A program made the position numbers and the translations under genes. A stretch of DNA of 64,000 bases, from NCBI GenBank assembly GCA_044892525.1, contig CM097888.1, positions 37,324,001 to 37,388,000 on the forward strand, given 5' to 3'. Shown in pieces: positions 62,276 through 64,000 of this stretch. The notes beneath the pieces are model-generated. The model saw only the letters and a program-made list of their open reading frames with translations, was not told the DNA's origin and searched no databases. Position 1 is the first letter of the stretch, and each line of letters starts with the position of its first letter. The DNA is from Schmidtea polychroa. Taxonomy: Eukaryota.

Positions 62276-63230
62276 TTAATTTATAATTATGATGTTTAGA
62301 TTTAGAAATATGAAATTAAAATTACTGAAAGACCAAGCAAAAAATTTGAGAAAGCAAGGAAAGGCATATAAAGAAATTGGATGCATTTTACATATTTCTT
62401 TATTTTCTGCTAGAAATATGTGTACATATGTACCTAAGGGAAATGCTAAGATAGGTCGCAAAAGAAAAATTACGAAGAAGATTAACGTTCGAATAAAAAG
62501 ATAAATTTCCAATATTCAACAGGCTGGCGAAAAAATTACTTCACGAAACATGGTCGAAGATACTGACCTAAACGTTTCCATTAGAATGGTACAAAGACAC
62601 CCACTAAGGATGAAATTAAAATACAAAAGAGCATCACCAATAATTTTTCTTATCAAGACACACAAAGAAAAACGAATGAATACCATAACCAAACGGATTG
62701 AAGACCAGCAGTTTTGGGAATTCACGGCATTCAGCGATGAAAAGAGATTCTCATTGGATGGACCAGATGTTTAGCACAGTTATATCCCGAAATCGCAGAA
62801 ATTATACCGATGTCAACGTCAACTTGTTCCTACAAGTGGTCTTCTCCACTACATAATTGTGGAAATAAATCTAAATGCCAATAAATATATTGACCTCTTA
62901 CGGACAACTAAGTTTTGGGGAAGATGTTACTTTTCAGGAAGATAATTCTCCGGTCCATAAAGCAAAAAAGTTAGAAATTTTCTAATATTTTCCAAAATTA
63001 AGGTCTTAGAGTGGCCAGCCAAAAGCACAAACTTAAACATTGCTGAAAACGCCTGGAAGCTTTTATTCGATTCCGCCATATAAAAACAAGACTTTTTGGG
63101 TAGAAAAAATCAAGGAAGTCATAATGGATATATTTGAAAGAAGGCACATAATCCGGAATTTATATGCGGGTATAAGATCACGATTGTGCAAGGTACTAAT
63201 TCGTAAAGGAGTGTTATGGAATAAATAACT
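62276..63230 (+). pseudogene. Tc1/Tc3-like transposase relic
   Basis: IGRKRKIT, VSIRMVQR, AFSDEKRFSLDGPD, FQEDNSPVH and VLEWPAKSTNLNIAEN motifs with stops and frameshifts. Confidence 0.85.
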
Positions 63231-64000
63231 TAATTTGTGTGTATTGTTCAATTGCTAAAATATGTCGTTTTCATATTCATGATTTTTAAATTTTTGCTAC
63301 CTGCCATTGCAAATTAAATGATATTAAATCTTCCTTTACTTATTCATTAAAATACTTCAAAATGCATAATTAAAATATAATGTTGTCCAAAAAAAATATT
63401 ATAGTTCATGTAAACAAAAAAAACATTTTTGCTAAAACATTTGACGATCAGTATAACTACATATATTTTTGCCATAATGAATGAATATAACTTGTCTACA
63501 GTAATAATACCTAATAAAATCACGAATTAAATTGTAATTTAAATGGAAGCGACTCTGATACCCACCGCAATATTGATTTTAATAGGCACTGCTAAATTAG
63601 TATCTCTCGAATATTTTAAGAACAAAAAGTTGATGTTATATTTTTAATAATAATATAACAAGATATTTCTTTTTGTAACATGTACCATTTTTAAATATAT
63701 AAATTTTGATGTGCGGGGCCCGATTGGGAGCAACTGTGTCAATCGCCTCATATCCGGTTCAGTTTGGGTTTCAAGATACTTTTTTAAACATCGAACATCA
63801 GAAATGGTAATTATTATATAACTAATTAAATTAATATTTAGGATGACGCAGTTTAATAAAACGATTAATTTCGTTGTATGTTTACATGTATTTTTTCATT
63901 GTAGAAATCTGTGTTGTATTTTGTTGAAGTACTTTTATTGAAAATATTTATTAAGATAATATTTATTGAAAATCAGTGAAATGTAAAATATACAAATTTA

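Noticed and set aside
1-64000. Alternative nuclear genetic code
   Set aside because: Conserved exons translate without internal stops, and TGA, TAG and TAA each terminate a recognised gene.

Overview
Very AT-rich animal (eukaryotic) scaffold, standard genetic code, five N gaps (10153-10382, 26067-26213, 38252-38379, 38711-38888, 47924-48165). The divergent proteins and the mix of ~43-64 nt introns with multi-kb transposon-filled introns suggest a fast-evolving invertebrate; the species cannot be determined from the sequence. Four host genes are recognisable by eye from remembered human orthologues (no search run): ANKUB1, with its ankyrin and C-terminal exons on + and an N-terminal ubiquitin-like segment downstream on -; RCC1L/WBSCR16 (+); a long unnamed ARM-like + fibronectin-III gene (-); and the last exon of NPRL3 (-). 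Introns and intergenic DNA hold many DNA-transposon relics and MITEs (hAT, MULE, Tc1/mariner, pogo/Tigger, piggyBac-like), often nested with readable TSDs, plus Penelope, LTR and LINE scraps. The main oddities are the ANKUB1 coding parts on opposite strands, flanked by two halves of one repeat in opposite orientations, and several minimal type I hammerhead-ribozyme-like motifs and fold-back palindromes, three of which abut assembly gaps. No rRNA, tRNA or CRISPR array was found.
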